This document shows, piece after piece, positions 1 to 12,124 of a DNA stretch of 64,000 nucleotides. The position numbers and the translations under genes are program-made. The notes under the pieces are model-generated. The model had not been told where the DNA came from and searched no databases. It saw nothing but the letters and a program-made list of their open reading frames with translations. Position 1 is the stretch's first letter. The number at the start of each line of letters is the position of its first letter. The stretch covers positions 173,354,001 to 173,418,000 of the forward strand of contig CM059425.1 in assembly GCA_030390025.1 (NCBI GenBank). The letters are read 5' to 3'. The DNA comes from Squalus acanthias. Taxonomy: Eukaryota.

Positions 1-229
1 ATAGTCAGGATGATTTAATTTAGTGGTCTGCAATTGTAAGGTACACATGCTTTGTTCTCTATCTATATATGCTTTGGCGATTCTGTATCTAATTTACTTC
101 ACCTGAGGAAGGAGCAATCGATAGCTCCGAAAGCTTGTGATTTCAAATAAAACTGTTGGACTATAACCTGGTGTTGTGCGACCTCTCAATTTTGTCCACC
201 CCAGTCCAACACCGGCATCTCCGCATCAT
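1..229 (+). mobile_element. Penelope-like element terminal (pseudo-LTR) fragment
   Basis: Ends ...GTCCAACACCGGCATCTCCGCATCAT, the reverse complement of the end of the GIY-YIG element at 6541. Also matches the insertion at 30317-30841. Confidence 0.8.
99..140 (+). ncRNA. Minimal type I hammerhead ribozyme (Penelope-associated)
   Basis: Stem I TCAC/GTGA, core CTGAGGA, stem II GGAGC/GCTCC, GAAA, palindromic AAGCTT stem III, CUU triplet. Confidence 0.75.
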
Positions 230-450
230 TAAAACATTGGTCAGCCTCACTGAACGTCATACTCTACTGATATTAGCCTGAGAACCCATCTGTGGTACCC
301 CTGTAACTTAATTGTATAACAATACTGCAGAAACCACCATACAACTATAGTTTACCAGCATCTGGTTGGCATTTTACATTGGGTGTGAGGCCATCTGGAG
401 GGGGCGGTCTAACGACAGTTTGTTTGCAGTGCAAAGACAATTTTTTAAAC
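227..450. repeat. 224-bp direct repeat, copy 1 (copy 2 at 10368-10591)
   Basis: Read directly; one substitution seen (attagcctga vs attagtctga). Confidence 0.95.
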
Positions 451-485
451 GAGGGACTGCCTAACAAGAGAAGATAGAATAGATA

Positions 486-750
486 ATGGCAGCACAGGCA
501 ACGTGTCTGGACTTCAGAATGTGTGAATTTGTGAACAGTGAGACTCTCCTGGATGACCACATCTGTAGGAAATGTTTAGCTCCAGTCACTCGGGCTCATA
601 TCTGTTGAGCTGCAGCGCATGTTAGACACATTCTGACACGGGTCCCGAATATCTGGATAATCACACCAGATGGAGAGAAACAGGTACAGAAAGAAGTGTG
701 TGTCACTGACAGTCAGCAGTGTATGGGAACCTAGTAGAGGCAAACAAGGA
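486..750 (+). pseudogene. Old degraded CR1 ORF1, N-terminal piece (continues at 6477-6540 and 7605-8060)
   Basis: Translates MAAQATCLDFRMCEF...DDHICRKCL, matching the ORF1 zinc-knuckle start at 1479 and 11055; frameshifts and stops. Confidence 0.7.
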
Positions 751-1478
751 TAAATCTCAGCAGTATAAATAAGGGAGACTAGAGTGCAGATTGTCATGGA
801 GTGCAGATTGGAACAGAGTGTTAAGCTGCGAGTTTGGTGAGTGAGGGAGTAAATCTTAAAGGTTAATCTCTTATTTTTATAAATTCTAGTCTTGAGTGCT
901 TGCAATTAGCATTTAAATTTACTGTTTCAAGTTTTAAGTTTCTTCCAGGCTTGGGCAGGGCTAAGCAAGCTCTGTGCTGGAGAGCAGGTGAGAGTAATTA
1001 ATTAATTAACTGGTCTAATCTGGTTCTGTACCTGCCAGAGAGCTCACTTATTTAAATCTCAGCAGGAAAATAAGGGAGACTAGAGTGCAGTTTGTCACGG
1101 AGTGCAGATTGGAACAGATTGTTAAGCTGCGAGTTTGGTGAGTGAGGGAGTGCGGGGAGGGAGGTGTTCCTTCCTTTTTCCATCTTTGTCAGCTTCCTGG
1201 TGCGGCGGCGGACCTGCGTGAGGCGAGGCGGCGGCAGAGGATTTAAAAGGCTCCAGAGACCAGGTAAGGCGGGACCAGTCTCCGAACTCGGAGGGAGGGA
1301 GAGAGGTAAAAAATAATTGAGGTGTGACGTCACCAGAAAGCAGGTAAGTAATTGGTTGGTGAGTATTTCTCTCTTTTTAAACTTAAACTCTGTGGTTTAT
1401 AGTTTCTAAGGTGTGATATACATCAGGCGGGGCAGAAAGTATTTAAAAAATATTAATAAATTTAATTAATTACATAGA

Positions 1479-2435
1479 ATGGGAGAGCAGGTGATGTGTT
1501 ACTGCTGCAATATGTGGGAGCTGGTGGACACCATTGATGCTCACGGTGATCACATTTGCAGTAAGTGTTGGCTGCTCGAAGAACTCCGGCTCCGTGTTGA
1601 TGAGCCAGAGTCCGAGCTTCAAACACTGCGACACATCAGGGCGGGGGAGAGTTACCTGGACTGTGTGTTCCAGGAAGTAGTCACACCAATTAGATTAACT
1701 AATTCAGATGTAGTCCGTGGTCAGGGACAGGAGGGTGTGACTATGAGTGAGGCAGGTACGGGGATCCAGGAGGTAGTGTTGGAGGAGTCGCAGCCCTTGC
1801 TCTTGTCCAACAGGTTCGAGGCTCTTACTCCCTGTGAGGACGGGAGCAGGGACTGCAGGGAGGATGAGCAACCTGTCCACAGCACCGTGGAACGGGGGGC
1901 CATTCAAGTGGGGGGAGTAAAAAGAAATGTTGTAGTGGTAGGGGATAGTACCATAAGGGGGATAGGTAGGGTTCTTTGCAGCCGAGAGCGAGAGTCCCGA
2001 AGGTTGTGTTGCCTGCCCAGTGCCAGGGTTAAGGACATCTCCTCTGAGCTGGAGAGAAACTTGGAGTGGGAGGGGGAGGATCCAGTTGTCGTGGTCCATG
2101 TTGGTACCAACGACATAGATAGGACAAGGAAAGAGGTTCTGCTGAGGGAGTATCAGCAGCTAGGGGCCAAATTAAAAAGCAGAACCATGAGGGTAATAAT
2201 CTCTGGATTACTACCTGAGCCACGAGCAAATTTGGCTAGGGTAAATAAAATCAGAGAGTCAAATGCGTGGCTCAAAGACTGGTGTGGGAGAAATGGATTT
2301 TGCTTCTTGGGACACTGGCACCAGTACTGGGACGGGAGAAAGCTGTTCCGTTGGGACGGACTTCACTTGGCCAGTGCTGGGACTAGAATCCTGGCGAATC
2401 GAATAACTAGGGCTGTAGAGAGGGCTTTAAACTAA
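1479..2435 (+). CDS. CR1 ORF1p: Cys/His zinc finger, leucine zipper and SGNH esterase domain
   Basis: CxxC...HxCxxC, then VVGDS, HVGTND and DGLH blocks of SGNH hydrolases; uninterrupted 318 aa. Confidence 0.9.
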   Translation: MGEQVMCYCCNMWELVDTIDAHGDHICSKCWLLEELRLRVDEPESELQTLRHIRAGESYLDCVFQEVVTPIRLTNSDVVRGQGQEGVTMSEAGTGIQEVVLEESQPLLLSNRFEALTPCEDGSRDCREDEQPVHSTVERGAIQVGGVKRNVVVVGDSTIRGIGRVLCSRERESRRLCCLPSARVKDISSELERNLEWEGEDPVVVVHVGTNDIDRTRKEVLLREYQQLGAKLKSRTMRVIISGLLPEPRANLARVNKIRESNAWLKDWCGRNGFCFLGHWHQYWDGRKLFRWDGLHLASAGTRILANRITRAVERALN

Positions 2436-2850
2436 TTAGTGGGGGGGAAGTTTCAAGAGAGCGAAGAATAAAAATGTCAGCGGAGAAGGCAATAGAGCAA
2501 ATTAGCAGTGGGGAAATTAAAAACCAGAGCGTGTCAGGAAGGGACAGAATATATAAAGATAAAGGTAAAGTAGTAAAGGGGGTAAAAGCAGGAATAAATT
2601 GTCACAAAACGTGTTTAAAAGTTCTTTATCTGAATGCACGCAGCATTCGGAACAAAATAGACGAGTTGACGGTACAAATAACTACACATGGGTATGATCT
2701 GGTGGCCATTACAGAAACATGGCTGTGAGGTGACCATGACTGGGAACTAAACATCCAGGGGTATTTGACTATTAGGAAGGACAGACAGGAAGGAAAGGGA
2801 GGTGGGGTGGCTATGTTAATAAAGGATGGAATCACTGCAATAGTGAGAAA

Positions 2851-3803
2851 CCTACAAGGGGATATAGACAGGCTGGGTGAGTGGGCAGAGATTTGGCAGA
2901 TGCAATACAATATTGGAAAATGTGAGGTTATGCACTTTGGCAGGAAAAATCAGAGAACAAGTTATTATCTTAATGGCGAGAAACTGGAAAGTACTGCAGT
3001 ACAAAGGGATCTGGGGGTCTTGGTGCAAGAAAATCAAAAAGTTAGTATGCAGGTGCAGCAGGTGATCAAGAAAGCCAATGGAATGTTGGCTTTTATTGCT
3101 AGGGGGATAGAATATAAAAACAGGGAGGTATTGCTGCAGTTGTATAGGGTATTGGTGAGACCGCACCTGGAGTACTGCATACAGTTTTGGTGTCCATACT
3201 TAAGAAAAGACATACTTGCTCTCGAGGCAGTACAAAGAAGGTTCACTCGGTTAATTCCGGGGATGAGGGGGTGGACATACGAGGAGAGGTTGAGTAGATT
3301 GGGACTCTACTCATTGGAGTTCAGAAGAATGAGAGGCGATCTTATTGAAACATATAAGATTGTGAAGGGGCTTGATCGGGTGGACGCGGTGAGGATGTTC
3401 CCAATGATGGGTGAAACTAGAACTAGGGGACATAATCTTAGAATAAGGGGCTCCTCTTTCAAAACTGAGATGAGGAGAAACTTTTTCACTCAGAGGGTAG
3501 TGGGTCTGTGGAATTTGCTACCCCAGGAAGCTGTGGAAGCTACTTCATTAAATAAATTTAAAACAGAAATAGACCGTTTCCTAGAAGTAAAGGGAATCAG
3601 GGGTTACGGGGAGCGGGCTGGAAATTGGACATGAGTTTGACTTTGGATCGGTCAAGGCCCTGTGGGTGGCGGAGCGGGCCCAAGGTCCGAGTGGCCTGGT
3701 CCTGCTCCTACTTCTTGTGTTCTTTAGAGTTGAGGTTGGATCAGATCAGATCGAGGGGCCGATTGGTCTACTCCTGCTCCTATTTCTTATGTTCTTATGT
3801 TCT
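2851..3803 (+). mobile_element. 5'-truncated CR1 inserted into the endonuclease domain of the host CR1
   Basis: Host reads ...ITAIVRN, jumps to RT C-terminus LQGDIDRL, and resumes NDIGSKDQ..ETVWVE after the TTCTTATG tail at ~3803. Confidence 0.9.
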
Positions 3804-6380
3804 TAAATGATATTGGGTCAAAGGATCAGGATAGTGAAACAGTTTGGGTGGAGATAAGGAATAATAAGGGGAAAAAGTCACTAGTGGGCGTAGCCTATAG
3901 GCTTCCTAACAGTTGTAACTCTATTGGTCGGAGTATAAATCAGGAAATAGTTGGGGCTTGTAATAAGGGAACAGCTATAATCATGGGAGATTTTAACTTT
4001 CATATTGACTGGACAAATCAAATTGGGCAGGGCAGCCTTGAGGAAGAGTTCATAGAGTGCATTAGGGACGCGTTCCTTGAGCAGTATGTTACTGAACCAA
4101 CCAGGGGGCAGGCAATCTTAGATCTGGTCCTGTGTAATGAGACAGGATTAATAAAATGTCCTAGTAAAGGATCCCCTTGGAATGAGTGACCATAACATGG
4201 TTGAATTCCAAATTCAGTTGGAGGGTGAGAGAGTTGGATCTCAAACCAGCGTACTAAGCTTAAATAAAGGAGACTATGAAGGTATGAGAGCAGAGTTGAC
4301 TAAAGTGGACTGGGAAAATAGATTAAGGTGTAAGACGGTACAGGAGCAGTGGTGTACATTCAAGGAGGTATTTCACAACTTTCAAGAAAAATATATTCCA
4401 CTGAGGAAAAAGGGGCGTAAAAGAAAAGACAGCCATCCGTGGCTAAGTAAAGTAATAAAGGATAGTATCCGACTGAAAACAAGGGCATATAAAGTAGCCA
4501 AATCTAGTGGGAGGACAGAAGATTGGGAAGCATTTAAAAGCCAGCAAAGAATAACTAAAAGATTAATTAAGAAGGGGAAGATAGATTATGAAAGTAAACT
4601 AGCAAAAAATATAAAAACAGATAGCAAGAGTTTCTACAGTTATATAAAAAGAAAAAGGGTGGCTAAAGTGAATGTTGGTCCCTTAGAGGACGAGACCGGG
4701 AAATTAGTAGTGGGGAACACGGAGATGGCAAATACGCTGAACAAATGTTTTGTATCAGTCTTTACAGTAGAGGATACTAAAAATATCCCAACACTGGACA
4801 AACGGGGGGCTATGGGGGGGAGGAGCTAAACACGATTACAATCACTAAGGAGATGGTACTCGGTAAGATAATGGGACTTAAGGCGGATAAATCCCCTGGA
4901 CCTGATGGCTTACATCCTAGGGTCTTGAGAAAAGCAGCGGTAGGGATTGCGGATGCATTGGTGGTAATTTTCCAAAACTCCCTGGATTCGGGCAAGGTCC
5001 CAGCAGATTGGAAAACTGCTAATGTAACGCCCCTATTTAAAAAGGGAGGTAGACAAAAGGCTGGAAACTATAGACCAGTTAGCCTAACATCTGTGGTTGG
5101 TAAAATGTTGGAGTCCATTATTAAGGAAGCAGTAACAGGACATTTGGATAAGCATAATTTAATCAGACAGAGTCAGCATGGTTTTATGAAGGGGAAATCA
5201 TGTTTGACAAATTTGCTCGAATTCTTTGAGGACGTAACAAACAGGATGGATAAAGGGGAACCAGTGGATGTGGTGTATTTGGACTTCCAAAAGGCATTTG
5301 ATAAGGTGCTACACAAAAGATTACTGCACAAGATAAAAAAATCACGGGATTGGGGGTAATATACTGGAATGGGTGGAAGATTGGCTATCTAACAGAAAAC
5401 AGAGAGTTGGGATAAATGGTTCATTCTCGGGTTGGCAATCAGTAACTAGTGGTGTTCCGCAAGGGTCAGTGCTGGGACCCCAACTCTTTACAATCTATAT
5501 TAACGATTTGGAGGAGGGGACCAAGTGCAACGTATCCAAGTTTGCTGACGATACAAAGATGGGAGGAAAAGCAGTGAGTGAGGAGGACATAAAAAACCTG
5601 CAAAAGGACATAGACAGGCTAAGTGAGTGGGCGGAAATTTGGCAGATGGAATATAATGTTGGAAAGTGTGAGGTTATGCACTTTGGCAGAAAAAATCAAA
5701 GAGCAAGTTATTATCTAAATGGAAAGAAACTGCAAGGTGCTACAGTACAAAGGGATCTGGGGGTCCTGGTGCATGAAACACAGAAGGTTAGTATGCAGGT
5801 ACAGCAGGTGATCAGGAAGGCCAATGGAATCTTGGCTTTTATTGCAAGGGGGATGGAGTATAAAAGCAGGGAAGTCTTGCTTCAGTTATACAAGGTACTG
5901 GTGAGGCCACACCTGGAATACTGCGTACAGTTTTGGTTTCCATATTTAAGAAAAGATATACTTGCTCTCAAGGCAGTTCAGAGAAGGTTCACTCAGTTGA
6001 TTCCGGAGATGAGGGGGTTGACTTATGAGGAAAGGTTGAGTAGGTTGGGCCTCTACTCATTGGAATTCAGAAGAATGAGAGGCGATCTTATCGAAACATA
6101 TAAGATTGTGAGGGGGCTTGATCGGGTGGAGGCGGGGAGGATGTTTCCATTGATGGGTGAGACTAGAACTAGGGGGCATAATCTTAGAATAAGGGGCTGC
6201 CGTTTCAAAACTGAGATGAGGAGAAACTTCTTCACTCAGAGGGTAGTAAATCTATGGAATTTGCTACCTCAGAGAGCTGTGGAAGCTGCGACATTAAATA
6301 AATTTAAAACGGAGATAGACAGTTTCCTAGCTGATAAGGGAATTAAGGGTTATGGGGAGCGGGCAGGGAAGTGGAGGTGA
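3804..6380 (+). pseudogene. CR1 ORF2 (endonuclease C-terminal half and RT), frameshifted
   Basis: ORF pieces 3797-4189, 4182-4829, 4853-5359 and 5373-6380 are consecutive ORF2 segments. Confidence 0.9.
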
Positions 6381-6541
6381 GTCTAGGTTCGGATCAGCCA
6401 TGATCCTATTGAATGGCGGAGCAGGCCCGAGGGGCCAAATGGCCTACTCCTGCTCCTACTTCTTATGTTCTTATGTAACTGCAGTATCTTTTCTTGTCCG
6501 ACAGGTACAATGTACTTGCTACCCGTGATGATAAGGAAGTA

Positions 6542-7604
6542 TGATGCGGAGATGCCAGCGTTGGACTGGGGTGGACAAAAATGAGAAGTCGCACAGCACC
6601 AGGTTATAGTCCAACAGTTTTATTTAAAATTACGAGCTTTCGGAGCTCTGCTCCTTCTTCAGGTAAAGGTACAGTGAGGGAATCTATTACACAGTATATA
6701 TACACACAGAGAGCAATTTGTCTGCAGAGATACAATCTGTTAGGGAGGCATTACATCAAAGACACACCAGTGTACAGCTAAGACAATGAGGTGGGTCACA
6801 GGGGGTCCAACGTGTCAAATCCTGCCGTCTGCAGTTAAGCTTTTAACTTTTTGTTTTGTGTTTTTTTTTTTAAACTGGAAAGACAGACAACGATGTCGAG
6901 TCACGTTCTGTAGCGTGACATGAACCCGAGATCCCTATTGAGGCCGTCCTCATGGGTGCGGAACTTGGCTATCAGTTTCTGCTCGATGATTTTGCGTTGT
7001 TGTGTGTCTCGAAGGCCGCCTTGGAGAACGCTAACCCGCAGATCCGAGGCTGAATGTCCTTGACTGCTGAAGTGTTCCCCGACTGGGAGGTAACAATCCT
7101 GCCTGGCGATTGTTGCGCGGTGTCCGTTCATACGTTGTCTCAGTGTCTGCATGGTCTCGCCGATGTACCATGCCGCGGTGCATTCTTTCCTGCAACGTAT
7201 GAGGTAGACAACGTTGGCCGAGTCACATGAGTATGTACCATGTACCTGGTGGGTAGTGTCCTCACGTGTGATGATGGTATCTGTGTTGATGATCTGGCAT
7301 GTCTTGCAAAGGTTGCCGTGGCAGGGTTGTGTGTTGTCGTGGTCGCTGTTCTCCTGACAGCTGGGTAATTTGCTGCGAACGATGGTACTTTTGAGGTTAG
7401 GCGGCGGCTTGAAGGCGAGTAGTGGAGGCGTGGGGATGGCCTTAGCAAGGTGTTCGTCATCATCGATGACATGTTGAAGGCTGTGAAGAACATGGCGTAG
7501 TTTCTCTGCTCTGGGGAAGTACTGGACGACGTAGGGTACTCTGTTGGTTGTGTCCCGTGTTCGCCTTCTGAGGAGGTCTATGCGGTTTTTCGCTGTGGCC
7601 CGTC
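6542..7604 (-). mobile_element. 5'-truncated Penelope-like retroelement (GIY-YIG endonuclease and terminus)
   Basis: CxxxxCxxC, VVYLIRC, WYIGET, RMNGH and GLN motifs in ORF 6901-7604; flanked by GGAAGTA at 6535-6541 and 7605-7611. Confidence 0.9.
6630..6666 (-). ncRNA. Minimal hammerhead ribozyme
   Basis: Minus strand reads TTAC-CTGAAGA-A-GGAGC-AGA-GCTCC-GAAA-GC-TC-GTAA. Stem I covaries with the copy at 99-140. Confidence 0.75.
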
Positions 7605-8060
7605 GGAAGTAGGCTGTGGGGAGGATAGCCAGAATGCTAACCAAGGCACAATGGAGCAAGAGGCAATCCAAAGGGGTAAGCAGCAGAATAGAAAGGTTTA
7701 GTTACAGGGGATTTTATAATTAGGGGAATAGAGGGTATCCTCTGCAGTCACAGTCAAGAATCCAGGAGGGTGTGTTGCCTACCTTGCTAGGATAATAGAT
7801 AATTCAAAGCTTTGATCCATGTTGGAACCAACAACATAGGAAAGAAAAGGGAGGAGGTCCTGCTAAGGAAGAATCAGGAGCTTGGAACTAGATTAAAAAG
7901 CAGGGCATTGTGGGTGGTAATCTCTGATTACTACCACGTGCTAATTGGCATAGAGATAAATACATCAGGAAATAAATTGCATGGTGAAAGAATGGTGTGG
8001 AAAGGAGGGGTTCCATTTCATGAGACACTGGCACGAGTACTGGGACAGGAAAGAGCTGTA
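7605..8060 (+). pseudogene. Old degraded CR1 ORF1, esterase portion
   Basis: IHVGTNNIGKKREEVLL...ELGTRLKSR..VVIS matches the ORF1 at 1479. Confidence 0.75.
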
Positions 8061-8252
8061 CCGCTGATGACAAACCTAACCTGTTGAACGTCTCTGGGTA
8101 CTTGAATGCTACAGTATTGACTCTTCAGTATTTACTAATCTAATTTTAGCTTTTGATGTATGTGTGGGTGCCCTTGAAACAAACATAATTTTGAAGTCCT
8201 TTTTTTTGAACAACATGTATTTGTATAAATGCACAGAATTCCGAAACATATT

Positions 8253-9016
8253 GGCTCAAAAATTTGGCCGTTCTCGGGTGAGTACGGACTGTGTACTCAC
8301 CCGTATTCATTCCCGAAGTGCCGGTTTCCTGCATGCACTGCGCATGCGCGGGAAACCGGCACTTCCGGTATGGCGAAGGGGGCGGTTCCTAGGTGAACCG
8401 CGTGCGCACTAGAGGCTGCGCGCACGCAGCACACTTAGGTATTTTTCAGGTTTCAATGCGAGGGTAAGTATTGAAGATTCTACGCTCGTAAAAAGGAGGT
8501 GTAAGACCCCTTTTGAACAAGGTAAGTAGTTAATTAAGTATAATTTTAAATTTTTTTCAACAGGTTTATCTTTTTTAGAGACTTTAAAGAAAGGTAAGTT
8601 TATTTTTATAAATTTTAAAAAGTATTTTAATTTTTTCAAAAATTTAAATTTTTGTTTAAAGTGGTTAATTTATTTAACTATAGTTATTTTATTAATGTGA
8701 TGGTTTTAAAAAAAAATTATTTGAGGTTTAGCTGTTCTTTTGGGGCCGATTTCAATTCACAGATTTGACAGGTCTTCCTGTCAAATCTATGAATGAAAGA
8801 TGGTCTGCTGCCATTGGCTCTCCATGGCCCACGTGATCCCAGGGGTAGCATCGCACTAACTGCACCCCTGAGACACGCAAGCACTGCGCGCCGGCACTAG
8901 GGAGAGGCCCAGGACCTGAAGTTCCTGTGGGCCCGAAACACAACGGCAGGCGCGGTAGGTAAGAGCGCGCGCGATCCTTACCCCCGCGGCAAGCCGGCCA
9001 CCCGAATTTCTAGGCC
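8253..9016. mobile_element. Non-autonomous Harbinger derivative (MITE), related to the element at 29487-34489 and inverted relative to it
   Basis: Imperfect TIRs GGCTCAAAAATT / AATTTCTAGGCC, 3-bp TSD ATT, both subterminal regions homologous to the autonomous element. Confidence 0.8.
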
Positions 9017-9681
9017 ATTGTCAATCTCTGAAACAGCTTATTTTCATAGATATATATATATTGCAAAATATATTTTGTATTCAAAGCTGAAAGACTCATT
9101 TTAGAGACTGTAAGGTCCCCTTTCATTCCTCCACGAAAGGAAAATATTCTGTCAACCCATAAATATGCCTTCCTTAAAGTCAACAAATAAATCTTGATCT
9201 GCATATATGGCTTCAGATTACTCAAACATACAAAGAATGTGAAAGTAAATGAAAGTCACCAACATGTTAAAGAGATTTTATCTCAAGCTAATTTTTGCTC
9301 CTCTCCCCGCCCACCCTTGTTGGTGGGTGGAACTATAAAAGTGACTCGTCATGTATTTGCTTGGTGCTCTGAGAATGGGAGTGTTGCAATAGTGAATTAG
9401 AGTAACTGTCATCTTTTTCTAGTTCAGGGGAGAAAGCTAGTCTAGATGATGTCATATTTACAGTGAAAAAGCATTAGTCAGTCATTTTTAGAATGTCTTA
9501 AACTACATTTAACAATGCACTCTCAAAAATACATTCAATTTTAATGAGTAAGCTGGAATTTTCCAATGAAAACATTCTCCTGAGATTAACATTTACATCA
9601 TTTGCACTGATCTTAGACATTGAATATGAAGTTAGTGCTTTACTCTAAAACCCTTTGCTTTTCAGAAGAGAAACCTGTCAA

Positions 9682-9997
9682 GGGGCAACATGGTGGCATA
9701 GTGGTTAGCACTATTGCCTCACAGCGCCAAGGACCCGGGTTCGAATCCAGCCTTGGGTGACTGTCTGTGTGGAGTTTGCACATTCTCCCCGTGTCTGCGT
9801 GGGTTTCCTCTGGGTGCTCCGGTTTCCTCCCACAGTCCAAAGATGTGTGGGTTAGGTTGATTTGGCTATGATAAATTGACCCTTAGTGTTAGGGGTATTT
9901 AATACGTGGGGTTACGGGGATAGGGTGGGATATGTGTCGGTGCAGGCTTGATGGGCCGAAATGGCCTCTATCTGCACTGTGGGGATTCTGTGATTCT
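9682..9997 (+). mobile_element. tRNA-derived SINE, HE1/V-SINE-like
   Basis: A box TGGCATAGTGG, B box GGTTCGAATCC, central GTTTGCACATTCTCCCCGTGTCTGCGTGGGTTTCC core, CR1-like 3' hairpin and tail; CTGTCA at both flanks. Confidence 0.85.
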
Positions 9998-10367
9998 GTC
10001 AGTCCAATATTATCACTTTTTGTATCTATGTGAAGTGATTTGGGTGTCAAGTCAGCAGCCTTATTCCCAAGGGCACTAAAGCAAGAGATGTGAGATCATC
10101 TCCAGAAGTTAGTCTCAAACCCTGATTTGAGTTCACACCAAGTACTGTATAATTATAGCCTGGTGTTTGAAAGGGGTCCACTCGACATCCTGGGAACTTA
10201 AGAAATTTTATTTTTCAGTGTTTTTAATGTTAATACAGCATGGGTTCTGCTACATTTTTAATGTGAAAAATTGGCAGCCTGGGAAGCAGGGTTTTGTACA
10301 CACATCCAAGAATGCACACACAGTGATCTTATCTTACTCAATACAACCTGCATCAGGGTGTCCATGG

Positions 10368-10591
10368 CATTAAAACATTGGTCAGCCTCACTGAACGTCA
10401 TACTCTACTGATATTAGTCTGAGAACCCATCTGTGGTACCCCTGTAACTTAATTGTATAACAATACTGCAGAAACCACCATACAACTATAGTTTACCAGC
10501 ATCTGGTTGGCATTTTACATTGGGTGTGAGGCCATCTGGAGGGGGCGGTCTAACGACAGTTTGTTTGCAGTGCAAAGACAATTTTTTAAAC
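10368..10591. repeat. 224-bp direct repeat, copy 2
   Basis: Near-identical to 227-450. Confidence 0.95.
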
Positions 10592-11054
10592 ATTGAAAAT
10601 AAAATTTTAAGAGTTCAGACTCACCGGCAGCAGCTGCAGCGAGAGCGACCAACGGTGTAAATCGAGCGCAGAGACTGAGTGCGGTTTAAACAGAGTGCTG
10701 CGAGTTGGTTGAGTCAGGGAGTTAGGTGAGGAGTGGAAGGAGGAGCTCCCTTGCTTCGCCTTTGTTTTTCATAACTTATCACCCTGTAGGAATTGGTTCT
10801 TACTTTACACCAAGGAAAGAGTCCGAGAGCGGGAGCAGTCAAACAACAACTGCAAAACCGCTAAAATGATGTCATAACCAGGGAAGGAGCTGATTGGTAA
10901 GTAGGACCTGGTGAGTATTTCTACAGTGCAGTCGTTAAAGTCAAATTAAGGTCTCTAGTTTAGAGTAAGTAGTGTTTAAAGGGAAGTAAGGTCACTGGTG
11001 TATTTAATATTCTTTAATTTAAAGAAAGTAAATGGAGTAAATTAAGGGTAAGAC

Positions 11055-12005
11055 ATGGCAGGGCAGCTCGGCTACGTGGAGTGCTCCTCCTGTGCTATGT
11101 GGGATGTCAGGGACACTTTAGGTGTCCAGGGCGAACACATGTGCAGGAGGTGTCTCCAGCTGCAGCTACTCGAAATCCGTGTTTCGGAGCTGGAGCTGCG
11201 GCTAGAGTCACTGTGGAGCATCCGCAAAGCTGAGATCTTCGTGGATAGCACGTTTAACAAGGTGGTCACACCGCAGGTAAAGAGTGCACAGGCAGACAGG
11301 AAATGGGTGACTGCCAGACAGAGTAAAAGAACTAGGAAGGTAGTGCAGTAGTCCCCTGGGTCCATCTCCCTCTCCAACAGATTTTCCGTTTTGGATACTG
11401 CTGGGGGAGATGGTTCTCAGGGGAATGCAGCAAGAGCCAAGTCCGTGGCACTATGAGTGGCTCAGCTGCACAGGAGGGGAGGAAAAAGAGTGGGAGAGCA
11501 ATAGAGATAGGGGATTCTATCATAAGGGGAAGAGATAGACGTTTCTGTGGCCGCAGACGTGACTCCAGGATGATATGTTGCCTCCCTGGTGCCAGGGTCA
11601 AGGATGTCACTGAACGGCTGCAGGACATTCTGAAGTGGGAGGGCGAACAGTCAGAGGTCGTGGTTCACATTGGTACCAACGACATGGGTAGAAAAAGGGA
11701 TGAGGTCCTGCAACAAGAATTTAGGGAGCTAGGTAGCAGATTAAAAAGCAGGACCTCAAAGGTTATAATCTCTGGATTACTCCCGGTGCCACGTGCTAGT
11801 GAGTATAGGAATAGGAGGATAGAGCAGATGAATGCGTGGCTAAAGAGTTGGTGCAGGAGGGAGGGCTTTAGTTTCCTGGATCACTGGGTCTGCTTCTGGG
11901 GAAGGTGGGACCTGTACAAGTCGGACGGGTTGCACCTGAACCGGAACGGGACCAACATCCTTGTGGGGAGGTTTGCTAGTACTGTTGGGGGGGGGTTTAA
12001 ACTAA
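11055..12005 (+). pseudogene. CR1 ORF1 (zinc finger and SGNH esterase) with a nonsense codon at 11349
   Basis: Near-identical to the intact ORF1 at 61955-62905; TAG replaces a Lys codon. Confidence 0.9.
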
Positions 12006-12124
12006 CTTGGCAGGGGGATGGGATATGGAGTGGAGCTATAGTAGGGGGTGATGCACAGCCAAATATAGAGGAAAAAACAAGTCAGCCTGGAAGGCAGAGC
12101 AAATATGTAATGGCACAAGGGAGT

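Larger units (their letters stand above)
751..6476 (+). mobile_element. Near full-length CR1 LINE (ORF1 intact, ORF2 disrupted, contains a nested CR1)
   Basis: 5' UTR, esterase ORF1, APE endonuclease (LYLNARSIRNK, VAITETWL), RT ([16 protein letters not shown]), 3' hairpin and TTCTTATG tail. Confidence 0.95.

Noticed and set aside
2765..3634. 289-aa ORF as a novel endonuclease-RT mini-protein
   Set aside because: Chance in-frame fusion of the host CR1 endonuclease and a nested CR1 3' fragment.
6901..7671. Signal-peptide-like N-terminus on the GIY-YIG ORF
   Set aside because: The first ~22 codons are antisense CR1 ORF1 sequence outside the Penelope boundary.
9682..9755. tRNA gene
   Set aside because: The A and B boxes belong to a SINE head that continues into a core and LINE-like tail.
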